In this document: piece after piece, positions 1 to 8,857 of the stretch
How positions within the stretch are numbered: position 1 is the first letter of the stretch
How the letters are laid out: the number at the start of each line of letters is the position of its first letter
Assembly (NCBI GenBank): GCA_003221995.1
Contig: QHUR01000103.1
Coordinates: forward strand, 1-58,828
Origin: Gemmatimonadota bacterium
Lineage (GTDB): Bacteria; Gemmatimonadota; Gemmatimonadetes; Gemmatimonadales; GWC2-71-9
Direction: 5' to 3'
DNA: 58,828 bases
Position numbers and translations under genes: made by a program
Notes under the pieces: model-generated
The model's input: only the letters and a program-made list of their open reading frames with translations
Database searches by the model: none
What the model was told of the DNA's origin: nothing

Positions 1-68
1 AGGGCGGCACGAAGCAGACCAAGAAAGCGGCGAAGGCCGGGGCGACCCGGCGGAAAGAGGGCAAGTAA
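1..68 (+). CDS. rplV: 3' end of a ribosomal protein gene, probably uL22 (partial, runs off window start)
   Basis: Open frame ...GGTKQTKKAAKAGATRRKEGK ends at TAA 66-68, directly before the rpsC start at 69. Identity is inferred only from the conserved S10-operon order (L22 precedes S3). Confidence 0.45.
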   Translation, partial: GGTKQTKKAAKAGATRRKEGK

Positions 69-728
69 GTGGGCCAGAAAACGCATCCCTACGGGTTCCG
101 GCTCGGGATCGTGAAGCAGTGGCGCTCGCGCTACTACGCGCGCCGCAACTTCCCCGAGCTCTTGAAGGAAGACGACCTGATCCGGAAGTACCTGAAGACG
201 AGGCTGGCGCACGCGGCGATCGCCGACGTGCACATCGAGCGCAAGCCGGGCAAGGTGACGGTGACGGTCCACACGGGCCGCCCCGGCGTCGTGATCGGCA
301 AGCGGGGCGCCGAGGTGGACAAGCTGCGCGACGAGCTGGCGCAGCTCACGGGCAAGGAAGTGGGGATCAACGTCGAGGAGATCAAGCGACCGGAGCTCGA
401 CGCCCAGCTGGTGGGGGACAGCGTGGCGCACCAGCTGACGCAGCGCATCTCGTTCCGGCGCGCCATGAAGCGCGCCGTGCAGAGCGCCATGCGGATGGGG
501 GCGCAGGGGATCAAGATCAAGACCGCGGGCCGGCTGGGCGGGGCGGAGATCGCGCGCACCGAGGGCTATCACGAGGGGCGCGTGCCGCTGCATACGCTGC
601 GCGCCGACGTGGACTACGCCACCTCGACCGCGAAGACGACGTACGGGACCATCGGGGTCAAGGTGTGGATCTTCAAAGGCGAGCGCACCGAAGATTTGCA
701 CGGCCGCACCTATTCGACGGGCGTCTGA
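69..728 (+). CDS. rpsC: 30S ribosomal protein uS3
   Basis: 219-aa ORF. N-terminus [14 protein letters not shown] and the KH/S3-C pattern [11 protein letters not shown]...[10 protein letters not shown] are typical of S3. Operon position fits. Confidence 0.97.
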   Translation: MGQKTHPYGFRLGIVKQWRSRYYARRNFPELLKEDDLIRKYLKTRLAHAAIADVHIERKPGKVTVTVHTGRPGVVIGKRGAEVDKLRDELAQLTGKEVGINVEEIKRPELDAQLVGDSVAHQLTQRISFRRAMKRAVQSAMRMGAQGIKIKTAGRLGGAEIARTEGYHEGRVPLHTLRADVDYATSTAKTTYGTIGVKVWIFKGERTEDLHGRTYSTGV

Positions 729-731
729 GCG

Positions 732-1145
732 ATGCTGGCACCGAAGCGCGTCAAGTTTCGCAAGCGGTTCAAGGGCCGGACCTCGGGGATGGCGACGCGG
801 GGCAACACGGTCGCCTTCGGCCACTACGGGCTGATGGCACTCGAGCCCGGCTGGATCTCGAACCGGCAGATCGAGGCGTCACGGGTGGCGCTCACGCGGG
901 AGATGAAGCGGGGCGGCAAGGTGTGGATCCGCCTGTTTCCGGACAAGCCGATCACCAAGAAGCCGGCCGAGACCCGCATGGGGAAGGGGAAGGGTAACCC
1001 GGAGGGATGGGTGGCCGTCGTGAAGCCGGGTCGCGTCATGTTCGAGGTGGAAGGGATCCCCGAGACCGAAGCGCGACTCGCGCTCGGGCTCGCGGCGGCC
1101 AAGCTACCGATCAAGTCCAGGTTCGTCAGGCGGGAGGAGCGCTAG
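732..1145 (+). CDS. rplP: 50S ribosomal protein uL16
   Basis: 137-aa [14 protein letters not shown]...[23 protein letters not shown], the classic L16 signature. Follows rpsC. Confidence 0.97.
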   Translation: MLAPKRVKFRKRFKGRTSGMATRGNTVAFGHYGLMALEPGWISNRQIEASRVALTREMKRGGKVWIRLFPDKPITKKPAETRMGKGKGNPEGWVAVVKPGRVMFEVEGIPETEARLALGLAAAKLPIKSRFVRREER

Positions 1146-1146
1146 G

Positions 1147-1353
1147 ATGGCGAAGCAGAAGCCGGAGGCGCTGCGGGAGCTGTCGACCGACGAGCTGCAG
1201 CAGAAGCTCGCGGTCCTGACCGACGAGCGCTTCCGCCTGACGTTCAAGCGCGCGACGGAGGCGGTCACGAACCCGCTGCAGTTCCGGGCGCAGCGACGCG
1301 AGATCGCGCGCATCAAGACGATCCTGCGGGAGCGGGAGAGGAAGCCGGCATGA
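1147..1353 (+). CDS. rpmC: 50S ribosomal protein uL29
   Basis: 68-aa helical ORF ([13 protein letters not shown]...[13 protein letters not shown]) in the L29 position. Its stop overlaps the rpsQ start (ATGA). Confidence 0.93.
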   Translation: MAKQKPEALRELSTDELQQKLAVLTDERFRLTFKRATEAVTNPLQFRAQRREIARIKTILRERERKPA

Positions 1354-1619
1354 CGGAGACCGAGCAGGAGCCGCGGGGCCAGCGCAAGCTCCGCACCGGG
1401 GTCGTGGTGAGCGACAAGCGGCAGAAGACCGTCACGGTTCTCCTGACCCGCCGCTTCGCCCACGGATTCTACGGCAAGCAGATCGTGCGCACCAAGAAGG
1501 TTGCGGCCCACGACGAGCGGGGCGCGAAGCTGGGCGACACCGTCCGCATCGTGGAGACGCGGCCGCTGTCGAAGCTGAAGCGGTGGCGGGTGGTCGAGAT
1601 CGTCGAGCGCGCGAAGTAG
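1350..1619 (+). CDS. rpsQ: 30S ribosomal protein uS17
   Basis: 89-aa ORF with [14 protein letters not shown]...KKVAAHDE...[14 protein letters not shown], the S17 OB-fold pattern. Confidence 0.95.
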   Translation: MTETEQEPRGQRKLRTGVVVSDKRQKTVTVLLTRRFAHGFYGKQIVRTKKVAAHDERGAKLGDTVRIVETRPLSKLKRWRVVEIVERAK

Positions 1620-1631
1620 GGTGGAGGGATC

Positions 1632-2000
1632 GTGATCCAGCAGGAGTCGATCGTCAAGATCGCCGACAACTCGGGCGCGCGTAGCGCGCTCGTGATCCGC
1701 GTGCTCGGGGGGTCCAAGCGCCGCTACGGTGGGCTGGGCGACGTCGTCGTCGTCACGATCAAGGACGCCATCCCGACCGGGCAGATCAAGAAGGGCGAGG
1801 TGGCGCGGGCCGTCATCGTCCGGACCGCCAAGGAGACGAAGCGCAAGGACGGGTCCTACATCCGCTTCGACGAGAACGCCGCGGTGCTCATCACCGACCA
1901 GGGCGAGCCCCGCGCGACCCGCATCTTCGGGCCGGTCGGGCGCGAGCTGCGTGAGAAGAAGTTCATGAAGATCGTGTCGCTCGCGCCGGAGGTGATCTGA
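1632..2000 (+). CDS. rplN: 50S ribosomal protein uL14
   Basis: 122-aa [20 protein letters not shown]...[11 protein letters not shown]...[11 protein letters not shown], near-invariant L14 motifs. Confidence 0.97.
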   Translation: MIQQESIVKIADNSGARSALVIRVLGGSKRRYGGLGDVVVVTIKDAIPTGQIKKGEVARAVIVRTAKETKRKDGSYIRFDENAAVLITDQGEPRATRIFGPVGRELREKKFMKIVSLAPEVI

Positions 2001-2001
2001 A

Positions 2002-2391
2002 ATGAAGCCGCTCGTCTTCAAGAAGAGCCGACGGGGACGGCGCAGCGAGCGAGAGCCGGCGCGCCACAAGCTCCACGTCGCCAAGGGCGACCGGGTGCGC
2101 GTGATCCGCGGCGACGACCGCGGGCGCGAGGGCAAGGTGCTGCACGTGTACCCCAAGCAGTTCCGGGTCGTGGTCGAGGGCGTGAACGTCGTGAAGAAGC
2201 ACAAGCGCGCCACCACCCCCCAGGCGGAGAGCGGGATCATCGAGTTCCCGGCGCCGATCGCCGCGTCGAACGTGATGCTGCTCGACCCGAAATCGGGCCA
2301 GCCCACGCGGGTGCGCCGCCGCCGCGACAAGGACGGCACCATCGAGCGCGTGGCCGTCAAGTCGGGTCAACCGATCCCGCGGGTGAGATAG
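2002..2391 (+). CDS. rplX: 50S ribosomal protein uL24 with about 23-aa basic N-terminal extension
   Basis: 129-aa ORF. The KOW core [22 protein letters not shown] is preceded by [26 protein letters not shown] lies 2 nt after the rplN stop. Confidence 0.93.
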   Translation: MKPLVFKKSRRGRRSEREPARHKLHVAKGDRVRVIRGDDRGREGKVLHVYPKQFRVVVEGVNVVKKHKRATTPQAESGIIEFPAPIAASNVMLLDPKSGQPTRVRRRRDKDGTIERVAVKSGQPIPRVR

Positions 2392-2393
2392 CG

Positions 2394-3170
2394 ATGGCGG
2401 ACCCGAAAGAGACCGAGGCCCAGGACCAGGGCACCCCCGACCCCGGGGCCACGCCGCCGACTCCGGCTGCCGCGGCTGATCCTGCAGCGCCGCCGCAGCG
2501 TGAGCGGGCGCCGCGCAAGGAGAAGAAGGCCAAGAAGCCGGCCGAGGGAGAGCGTGCCGCTCCGCGCGAGCCGGCGGGGCCGCCGCCCCCGCCCCCGGAG
2601 CCCGCTCCGCGGCCGCGCCTGCTCGACTTCTACGAGCAGCGGGTTCGGGCGAAGCTCGCCCAGCAGTTCGGCTTCGGGAACCCGCACGAGATCCCGCGGC
2701 TCGTGAAGATCGTGGTGAACGTCGGGATGGGCGACGCGCCCAAGAACCCCAAGGGGCTGGAGGCCGCCGTCGCGGAGCTCGCCGCGATCACCGGCCAGCG
2801 GCCCGTGGTGACGCGCGCCAAGAAGGCGATCGCGAATTTCAACCTGCGGGAGGGGCAGGCGATCGGCTGCGCCGTGACGCTGCGCGGCGCCCGCATGTAC
2901 GAGTTCCTGGATCGCTTCATCAGCATCGCGGTGCCGCGCATGCGCGACTTCCGGGGGCTCCCGACCAAGAGCTTCGACGGGCGGGGCAACTACACGGTCG
3001 GGCTCAAGGAGCAGATGATTTTCCCGGAGATCGATTACGACAAGGTCGAGAAGATCCACGGCATGGACATCACCCTCGTCACCAGCGCCGGCCGCGACGA
3101 CACGGCCCTGGCGCTGTTGCGGGAACTGGGCATGCCCTTCCGGGGCGAAGCCCCGGTGGCGGTCGGCTAG
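2394..3170 (+). CDS. rplE: 50S ribosomal protein uL5 with about 75-aa Pro/Ala/Lys-rich N-terminal extension
   Basis: 258-aa ORF. The uL5 core (LLDFYEQ...[16 protein letters not shown]...MYEFLDRFI...GMDITLVT) starts near residue 76. There is no in-frame ATG/GTG/TTG between the first codon and the core. Confidence 0.93.
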   Translation: MADPKETEAQDQGTPDPGATPPTPAAAADPAAPPQRERAPRKEKKAKKPAEGERAAPREPAGPPPPPPEPAPRPRLLDFYEQRVRAKLAQQFGFGNPHEIPRLVKIVVNVGMGDAPKNPKGLEAAVAELAAITGQRPVVTRAKKAIANFNLREGQAIGCAVTLRGARMYEFLDRFISIAVPRMRDFRGLPTKSFDGRGNYTVGLKEQMIFPEIDYDKVEKIHGMDITLVTSAGRDDTALALLRELGMPFRGEAPVAVG

Positions 3171-3180
3171 GAGGCCAGGC

Positions 3181-3366
3181 ATGGCGAAGAAGTGTTGGAT
3201 CGAGAGGGTCAAACGGAAGCCGAAATTCAAGGTGCGGGCCTACTACCGCTGCCAGCGCTGCGGCCGCAGTCGCGGGACGCTCCGCGCCTTCAAGCTGTGC
3301 CGCATCTGTTTCCGGGAGCTCGCGCTGCGTGGGGAGATCCCCGGCGTGCGCAAGGCCAGTTGGTAA
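3181..3366 (+). CDS. rpsN: 30S ribosomal protein uS14, zinc-binding type Z
   Basis: 61-aa ORF with CQRC...CRIC (two CxxC pairs) and the ending [11 protein letters not shown], typical of the short Zn-ribbon S14. Confidence 0.95.
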   Translation: MAKKCWIERVKRKPKFKVRAYYRCQRCGRSRGTLRAFKLCRICFRELALRGEIPGVRKASW

Positions 3367-3381
3367 CGAACGGAAGGTGAG

Positions 3382-3777
3382 ATGAACGTGATTGATCCCG
3401 TCGCCGACATGCTGACCCGCGTGCGCAACGCCTGCCAGGCTGGCCACCGGCGAGTGGACATGCCGGTGTCGAAGCTGAAGGTCGAGATCGCGCGGATCCT
3501 CCGTGACAACCACTACATCCAGGACTTCAAGGCCCTGGACGACGGACGGCACGGACTGCTGCGACTGTACCTCAAGTACCACAACGACGCCCCCGTCATC
3601 CGCGAGCTCGTGCGGGTGTCGGCGCCGGGGCTCCGGCGCTACGTGAAGGCGCGCGAGATCCCGCGCGTCAAGAACGGGCTGGGGATGGCCATCCTCAGCA
3701 CCCCCCAGGGCGTCATGTCGGACCGCGAAGCGCGCACCGCCCACGTGGGCGGCGAGCTGCTCGCGGTGGTCTGGTAG
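3382..3777 (+). CDS. rpsH: 30S ribosomal protein uS8
   Basis: 131-aa ORF DPVADMLTRVRNA...GMAILSTPQGVMSDREAR...GGELLAVVW, the S8 signature. Confidence 0.97.
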   Translation: MNVIDPVADMLTRVRNACQAGHRRVDMPVSKLKVEIARILRDNHYIQDFKALDDGRHGLLRLYLKYHNDAPVIRELVRVSAPGLRRYVKAREIPRVKNGLGMAILSTPQGVMSDREARTAHVGGELLAVVW

Positions 3778-3787
3778 GAGGCCCCCG

Positions 3788-4336
3788 ATGTCGCGTATCG
3801 GCAGGCGCCCCGTCCCGCTCCCCCAGGGCGTCACCGCCCAAGTCGAGGGGCGGAAGATCACGGTCAAGGGACCGAAGGGCGAGATCAGCCGCACGATCCA
3901 CCGTGACCTGACGATCGCGGTCGAGGACAGCACGGTCGTCGTCCGCCGCCCGTCGGAGGAGGCGTACCACAAGGCGCTGCACGGCCTCACGCGGACCTTG
4001 GTCGCGAACATGGTGGAAGGGGTCACGAAGGGCTTCGCAAAGCGGCTCGAGATCCAGGGGGTCGGCTACAAGGCCGAGCCGAAGCCATTCGGCGTGCAGC
4101 TCACCGTGGGCTTTTCTCACCCGGTGGCGTATCACGCGCCCCAGGGCGTCAAGATCTCGGTCGACAACAACGTCCTTCTCAAGATCGAGGGGGTGGACAA
4201 GGAGCTGGTGGGCCAGGTGGCGGCCGAGATCCGGAACGTGCGCCCGCCCGAGCCTTACAAAGGGAAGGGCATCCGCTACGCGGGCGAACAGGTCCGCCGC
4301 AAGGCAGGCAAGACGGCCCAGGCGGCCACGAAATGA
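3788..4336 (+). CDS. rplF: 50S ribosomal protein uL6
   Basis: 182-aa ORF MSRIGRRPVPLPQGV...KGPKGE...LEIQGVGYKA...EPYKGKGIRY, L6 motifs. Confidence 0.97.
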   Translation: MSRIGRRPVPLPQGVTAQVEGRKITVKGPKGEISRTIHRDLTIAVEDSTVVVRRPSEEAYHKALHGLTRTLVANMVEGVTKGFAKRLEIQGVGYKAEPKPFGVQLTVGFSHPVAYHAPQGVKISVDNNVLLKIEGVDKELVGQVAAEIRNVRPPEPYKGKGIRYAGEQVRRKAGKTAQAATK

Positions 4337-4339
4337 GCC

Positions 4340-4711
4340 ATGCGATCGATCCATAAGATTCGGACGCGGGAGCACCGCCGCGCGCGGCGGCGCCTGCGGG
4401 TCCGCAAGAAAGTGGTGGGGAGCGCCGCGCGCCCGCGGCTCGTCGTGTTCCGCTCGGCGAAGCACGTCTACGCTCAGCTGGTGGACGATGCGCGCAGGGT
4501 CACGCTCGCGGGCGCGTCGGACCGTTCCGAGGGCATACGGATCGACGGCAAGGGCAAGACCGCGAAGAGCTTCGCGCTGGGGCAGCTGATCGCGGCCAAG
4601 GCGAGGGAGCACGGCATCACCACGGTCGTGTTCGACCGCGCCGGCTATCAATACCACGGGCGCGTCAAGGCGGTGGCCGACGGCGCCCGGAAAGGTGGAT
4701 TGGTGTTCTAA
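4340..4711 (+). CDS. rplR: 50S ribosomal protein uL18
   Basis: 123-aa ORF with [20 protein letters not shown]...[27 protein letters not shown]18 motifs. Confidence 0.95.
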   Translation: MRSIHKIRTREHRRARRRLRVRKKVVGSAARPRLVVFRSAKHVYAQLVDDARRVTLAGASDRSEGIRIDGKGKTAKSFALGQLIAAKAREHGITTVVFDRAGYQYHGRVKAVADGARKGGLVF

Positions 4712-5469
4712 TGGCGAACGAACTCGAGAAGGCGGGAGGCGAGCCGGGCGAGGTCGCGTCAGCGGGCGGGGACGCCGCGGCGACCGGGGGAGCCGGGGGA
4801 GCGGGGGGGGCGAGGGGATCGGGGGGGGCGGGGGGGACCGGTGGGCCTGGGGGGAGCGGGGGTGAGCGCGCTGCGCCGCAGCAGCGGGGGAGGGGGCGCG
4901 GGCCGCGGGGCCGCGGTCGCGGCGGTCCCCGCCGCGACGAGGGCGGCGAGCGGCAGCGCGAGGGCGACGGCCTGGTCGAGAACGTGATCTCGATCAATCG
5001 CGTCGCCAAGGTCGTGAAGGGCGGCCGTCGCTTCGGATTCAACGCGCTCGTCGCGGTCGGCGACGGACAGGGCCGCGTCGGGATCGCGACCGGGAAGGCG
5101 AACGAGGTCAGCGAGGCGGTGCGCAAGGCGGTGGAGGCCGCGCGCCGCCAGATGGTGGAGATGCCGCTCACCGGCGGCACGATTCCCCACGAGATCGTCG
5201 GCCACCACGGAGCGGGCCGTGTGCTCCTCAAGCCCGCGGCGTCGGGGACCGGCGTGATCGCCGGGGGCCCGGTGCGCGCGGTGCTCGAATGCGCCGGGGT
5301 GCGCGACATCCTCACCAAGAGCCTGGGCTCGACCAACCCGCACAACATGGTGCGCGCCACGATGGACGGGCTGGCCCGGCTCACCACGCCGCGGCGCGTG
5401 GCAAAGGAGCGGGGGGTGGAGCTCGACAGCATCGCGTACAAGCCGCGCCAGGAGGCCACGCGTGGCTAG
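4711..5469 (+). CDS. rpsE: 30S ribosomal protein uS5 with about 85-aa Gly/Arg-rich N-terminal extension
   Basis: 252-aa ORF. The S5 core ([27 protein letters not shown]...[15 protein letters not shown]) follows a GGAGG/RGRGRG-rich tract. ATG overlaps the rplR stop by 1 nt (TAATG). Confidence 0.93.
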   Translation: MANELEKAGGEPGEVASAGGDAAATGGAGGAGGARGSGGAGGTGGPGGSGGERAAPQQRGRGRGPRGRGRGGPRRDEGGERQREGDGLVENVISINRVAKVVKGGRRFGFNALVAVGDGQGRVGIATGKANEVSEAVRKAVEAARRQMVEMPLTGGTIPHEIVGHHGAGRVLLKPAASGTGVIAGGPVRAVLECAGVRDILTKSLGSTNPHNMVRATMDGLARLTTPRRVAKERGVELDSIAYKPRQEATRG

Positions 5470-5728
5470 GAAGCCCCCGACGCGGAAGTACCGCAAACGC
5501 AAGCCGGGGCGCGATCGGGCCCTGCCTCCGGTGGGGAAGCACCCGCTCCGCATCAAGCAGGTCCGCTCGGCGATCGGCCGCGCGCCCGCGCTGCGGCGCA
5601 CGCTGGAGGCCTTGGGGTTGCAGCACCATCAGGACGTCGTGGTCCAGCCGGATCACCCGGCCATCCGCGGCATGCTCCACCAGGTGCGGCACCTCGTCGA
5701 AGTCACGCCGGAGGGGAAGGGGAGCTAG
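5462..5728 (+). CDS. rpmD: 50S ribosomal protein uL30 (start uncertain)
   Basis: The core [25 protein letters not shown]...[17 protein letters not shown] is L30. GTG 5462 gives a basic 23-27-aa extension. The alternative GTG 5531 gives a canonical 65-aa protein. Confidence 0.85.
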   Translation: MARKPPTRKYRKRKPGRDRALPPVGKHPLRIKQVRSAIGRAPALRRTLEALGLQHHQDVVVQPDHPAIRGMLHQVRHLVEVTPEGKGS

Positions 5729-5731
5729 GCC

Positions 5732-6211
5732 ATGGCGAAGGCGAAGGCGAAAGCGAAGGAGGCGGTCGAGTCCCTGAAGCTGCATCACCTGCGGCCGCCG
5801 CGGGGATCGCACCGCGCGCGCATCCGCAAGGGCCGCGGTCCGGGCTCGGGGATCGGCAAGACGGCCGGCCGAGGAGGCAAGGGGCAGACCGCGCGGACCG
5901 GCGGCCAGACGCGCCCCGGATTCGAGGGCGGCCAGATGCCGCTCATCCGGCGCATCCCGAAGCGCGGCTTCACGAACCCGTTCCGGCAGCCCGCGCAGGT
6001 GGTCAACGTGCGACACCTCGCGAAGCTCGCCGACGGGGTCGAGGTGACTCCCGAGACCCTGTTCGGCGCCGGTCTGGTGCGCCGGCCGGACCATCCCGTC
6101 AAGCTGCTCGGCATGGGCGACGTGGCCCGGAAGTTCGTCGTGAAGGGCGTCGCCGCGTCGGCCTCCGCCCGGACGAAGATCGAGCAGGCCGGCGGCACGA
6201 TCGAGGGCTGA
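5732..6211 (+). CDS. rplO: 50S ribosomal protein uL15
   Basis: 159-aa ORF with LHHLRPPRGS...GRGGKGQTARTG...GFEGGQMPLIRRIPKRGF, the L15 signature. Confidence 0.95.
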   Translation: MAKAKAKAKEAVESLKLHHLRPPRGSHRARIRKGRGPGSGIGKTAGRGGKGQTARTGGQTRPGFEGGQMPLIRRIPKRGFTNPFRQPAQVVNVRHLAKLADGVEVTPETLFGAGLVRRPDHPVKLLGMGDVARKFVVKGVAASASARTKIEQAGGTIEG

Positions 6212-6215
6212 TCCC

Positions 6216-7529
6216 GTGACTGCACCCCAGATTCCCAATCTGTTCAAGGTCCCGGAGCTGAAGGAGAAGATCCTCTTCACGCTCCTCTGCCTCCTCGTCT
6301 ACCGCACCGGCGCGCACATCGCGACCCCCGGGGTGAACGTGCAGGCGCTCGCCGACTTCCTCCGGAACGCCGGGCAGGGGACGCTGTTCAGCCTGTACGA
6401 CCTGTTCGCGGGCGGGGGCTTCTCACGGGCGACGGTGTTCGCGCTCGGCATCATGCCCTACATCTCGGCGAGCATCGTGTTCCAGCTGGCGGGACCGGTG
6501 TTCCCGGTGATCGAGAAGATGCAGCGGGACGAGGAAGGGCGGAAGAAGCTCACGCAGTGGACCCGCTACCTCACCGTGCTGCTGTGCCTGTTCCAGAGCT
6601 ACGGGTTCGCGATCTTCACCGAGCAGCTGCCCGGGGCGGTGGCGCACGCCGGCTGGGGCTTCCGGTTCACCACGGTCCTCACGCTCACGACGGGCGGCAT
6701 CTTCATCATGTGGCTGGGCGAGCAGATCACGGAGCGGGGCATCGGGAACGGCATGAGCCTGCTCATCTTCTTCTCGATCATCGAGCGCATCTGGCCCGAG
6801 ACGCTGCGCACGATCGAGGCGCTCCGGGCCGGATCGCTCACCCTTCCGGTGCTGCTCGTGGTGCTCGTGGTGATGCTGTGCGTCGTCGCGGGGACGGTGG
6901 CGGTCACGGTGGCGGCTCGGCGCATCCCCATCCAGATCCCGCGGAAGGTGATGGGCCGGGGGCGCATTCGCGAAGGCCAAAAGACCTTCATCCCGCTGCG
7001 CATCAATTCGTCGGGCGTGATGCCGATCATCTTCGCGCAGTCGCTGATCATCGTGCCGGGGACGGTGGCGACGTTCAGCGGCGTGGCGTGGCTGAAGCGC
7101 TTCGCGGAATACTTCTCGGTGACCTCGCCGTGGTACGTGCTCTCGAGCGCGGTGCTGATCGTGTTCTTCGCGTACTTCTACACGTCGATCATCTTCAACC
7201 CGGTCGACCTGGCCGAGAACCTCAAGAAGCAGGGCGGCTTCATCCCGGGCGTGAAGCCCGGCGCCGCCACCGCCGACTACATCGAGGACGTGCTGACGCG
7301 CATCACGCTCCCCGGGGCGCTGTTCCTGACCGTGGTGGCGATGCTGCCGATCGTGGTGTCGAACGTGCTCAACATGCCCTTCGGCTTCGGCGGCACCGCG
7401 CTGCTGATCGTGGTGGGCGTCGCGCTCGACACGGTCCAGCAGGTGCAGCAGCACCTGCTGCTGCGGCACTATGACGGCTTCATGAAGGAGGGCCGGGTCA
7501 AGTTCCGCGGGCGTCAGCGTTACATGTAA
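6216..7529 (+). CDS. secY: Preprotein translocase subunit SecY
   Basis: 437-aa polytopic ORF with FALGIMPYISASIVFQL, WLGEQITERGIGNGMSLLIF and GGFIPGVKPG motifs. Position after rplO fits. Confidence 0.97.
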   Translation: MTAPQIPNLFKVPELKEKILFTLLCLLVYRTGAHIATPGVNVQALADFLRNAGQGTLFSLYDLFAGGGFSRATVFALGIMPYISASIVFQLAGPVFPVIEKMQRDEEGRKKLTQWTRYLTVLLCLFQSYGFAIFTEQLPGAVAHAGWGFRFTTVLTLTTGGIFIMWLGEQITERGIGNGMSLLIFFSIIERIWPETLRTIEALRAGSLTLPVLLVVLVVMLCVVAGTVAVTVAARRIPIQIPRKVMGRGRIREGQKTFIPLRINSSGVMPIIFAQSLIIVPGTVATFSGVAWLKRFAEYFSVTSPWYVLSSAVLIVFFAYFYTSIIFNPVDLAENLKKQGGFIPGVKPGAATADYIEDVLTRITLPGALFLTVVAMLPIVVSNVLNMPFGFGGTALLIVVGVALDTVQQVQQHLLLRHYDGFMKEGRVKFRGRQRYM

Positions 7530-7535
7530 CGGCGC

Positions 7536-8099
7536 GTGTTCATCCTCCTTCTCGGCGCGCCCGGCTCGGGCAAAGGCACGCAGGGCAAGATCCTGGCGGA
7601 GCGCATGGGGCTTCCCAAGATCACCACCGGCGACATCCTCCGCGCCGCGGTCCAGGCGGGCAGCGACCTCGGCCGCGAGGCGAAGAAGTTCATGGACGAG
7701 GGGAAGCTGGTACCCGATTCGGTCGTCCTCGGCCTGATCAAGACCGAGCTCGACAAGCCCGAGGCGAAGGAAGGCGCCATCTTCGACGGGTTCCCCCGCA
7801 CGGCCGCTCAGGCGCAGCTCGTCGACCAGACTCTGGGCGAGCGGGGCCAGCGACTGAGCCACGTGCTGCTGTTCGACGTACCGGAGGAGGAGCTGATCCG
7901 GCGCATGCGCGCCCGCGCCGCCCAGGAACGGCGCTCCGATGACACCCCGGAGGCCATCAAGACTAGGCTCCAGGTGTACCAGCGGGACACGGCGCCGCTG
8001 GTTGCGCACTACGCGCAGCGGGGCGTGATGCACCGCGTGCCAGGGGCGGGCACGATCGAGGATATCGCGACGGAGATCAAGCGCCTCATTGGACGATGA
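7536..8099 (+). CDS. adk: Adenylate kinase (short-LID form, no Cys4 zinc site)
   Basis: 187-aa ORF with P-loop GAPGSGKGTQ, TGDILRA and DGFPRT. The LID segment is short (RRMRARAAQERRSDD). Confidence 0.93.
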   Translation: MFILLLGAPGSGKGTQGKILAERMGLPKITTGDILRAAVQAGSDLGREAKKFMDEGKLVPDSVVLGLIKTELDKPEAKEGAIFDGFPRTAAQAQLVDQTLGERGQRLSHVLLFDVPEEELIRRMRARAAQERRSDDTPEAIKTRLQVYQRDTAPLVAHYAQRGVMHRVPGAGTIEDIATEIKRLIGR

Positions 8100-8857
8100 T
8101 CACGATCAAGTCGGCGCGGGAGATCGAGACGATGGCCGCCGCCGGCCGGATCGTCGCGGCCACGCTGGCGCTGGTGGCCCGCCACGTCCACCCCGGCGTC
8201 TCCACCGCGGAGCTGGACCGGCTCGCCGAGGAGTTCATCCGCAGCCATCCCGGCGCCCGGCCGTCGTTCAAGGGCCTGTACGACTTCCCCGCCACCCTCT
8301 GCACCTCGATCAACCAGGAGGTGGTCCACGGGATTCCCTCCCGAGAGCGCGTCCTCAGGGCGGGCGACGTCTTGAGCGTGGACGTGGGCGTGTGGCTCGA
8401 GGGACTGCATGCGGACTCCGCCGCCACGTTCCCCGTGGGCGACGTCGGCGACGAGGCGCGGCGGTTGCTGCGGGTGACGCAGGAAGCGCTCGCAGCGGGG
8501 ATCGCCCAGGCCCGGGCCGGCCAACACGTCGGCGACATCGGGCACGCCGTGCAGCAGGTCGCGGAGGGAGCGGGGTACTCGGTGGTGCGGGAGCTGGTGG
8601 GCCACGGCATCGGCGCGAGCTTCCATGAGGAGCCCCAGGTGCCGAACTACGGCAAGCCCAAACGGGGTCCGCGCATCGTATCCGGGATGACGCTGGCGAT
8701 CGAGCCGATGGTGAACGTGGGCGGCCCGGAGATCCGGACGCTGGACGACAAGTGGACCGTCGTCACGCAGGACGGCTCGCTCTCGGCGCACTTCGAGCAC
8801 ACTGTGGCGATCTTGGAGAACGGGGGGCCACCCCGCATCCTCACGACGGCGAACTGA
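8096..8857 (+). CDS. map: Type I methionine aminopeptidase
   Basis: 253-aa ORF MITIKSAREIE...VVHGIP...GDVLSVDVG...DSAATF...GHGIG...HEEPQVPNY...LAIEPM...EHTV, with all MetAP metal-ligand motifs. ATGA overlap with adk. Confidence 0.95.
   Translation: MITIKSAREIETMAAAGRIVAATLALVARHVHPGVSTAELDRLAEEFIRSHPGARPSFKGLYDFPATLCTSINQEVVHGIPSRERVLRAGDVLSVDVGVWLEGLHADSAATFPVGDVGDEARRLLRVTQEALAAGIAQARAGQHVGDIGHAVQQVAEGAGYSVVRELVGHGIGASFHEEPQVPNYGKPKRGPRIVSGMTLAIEPMVNVGGPEIRTLDDKWTVVTQDGSLSAHFEHTVAILENGGPPRILTTAN

Noticed and set aside
1104-2360. Long antisense or alternative-frame ORFs throughout the track, for example 1104..2360(-), 6423..8033(-), 13111..14955(-), 19757..21511(-), 50893..52851(-), 53583..55490(-) and 57193..58386(-).
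   Set aside because: They lie opposite or out of frame to genes with unmistakable conserved motifs. Their translations are Arg/Ala/Pro/Gly-rich low-complexity strings. Such shadow ORFs are expected at about 70% GC because stop codons are rare.
7536-8099. Short-LID adenylate kinase (187 aa, no Cys4 zinc site) as a novelty.
   Set aside because: Short-type bacterial Adk enzymes are already known, for example in mycobacteria. It is noted in the feature call only.
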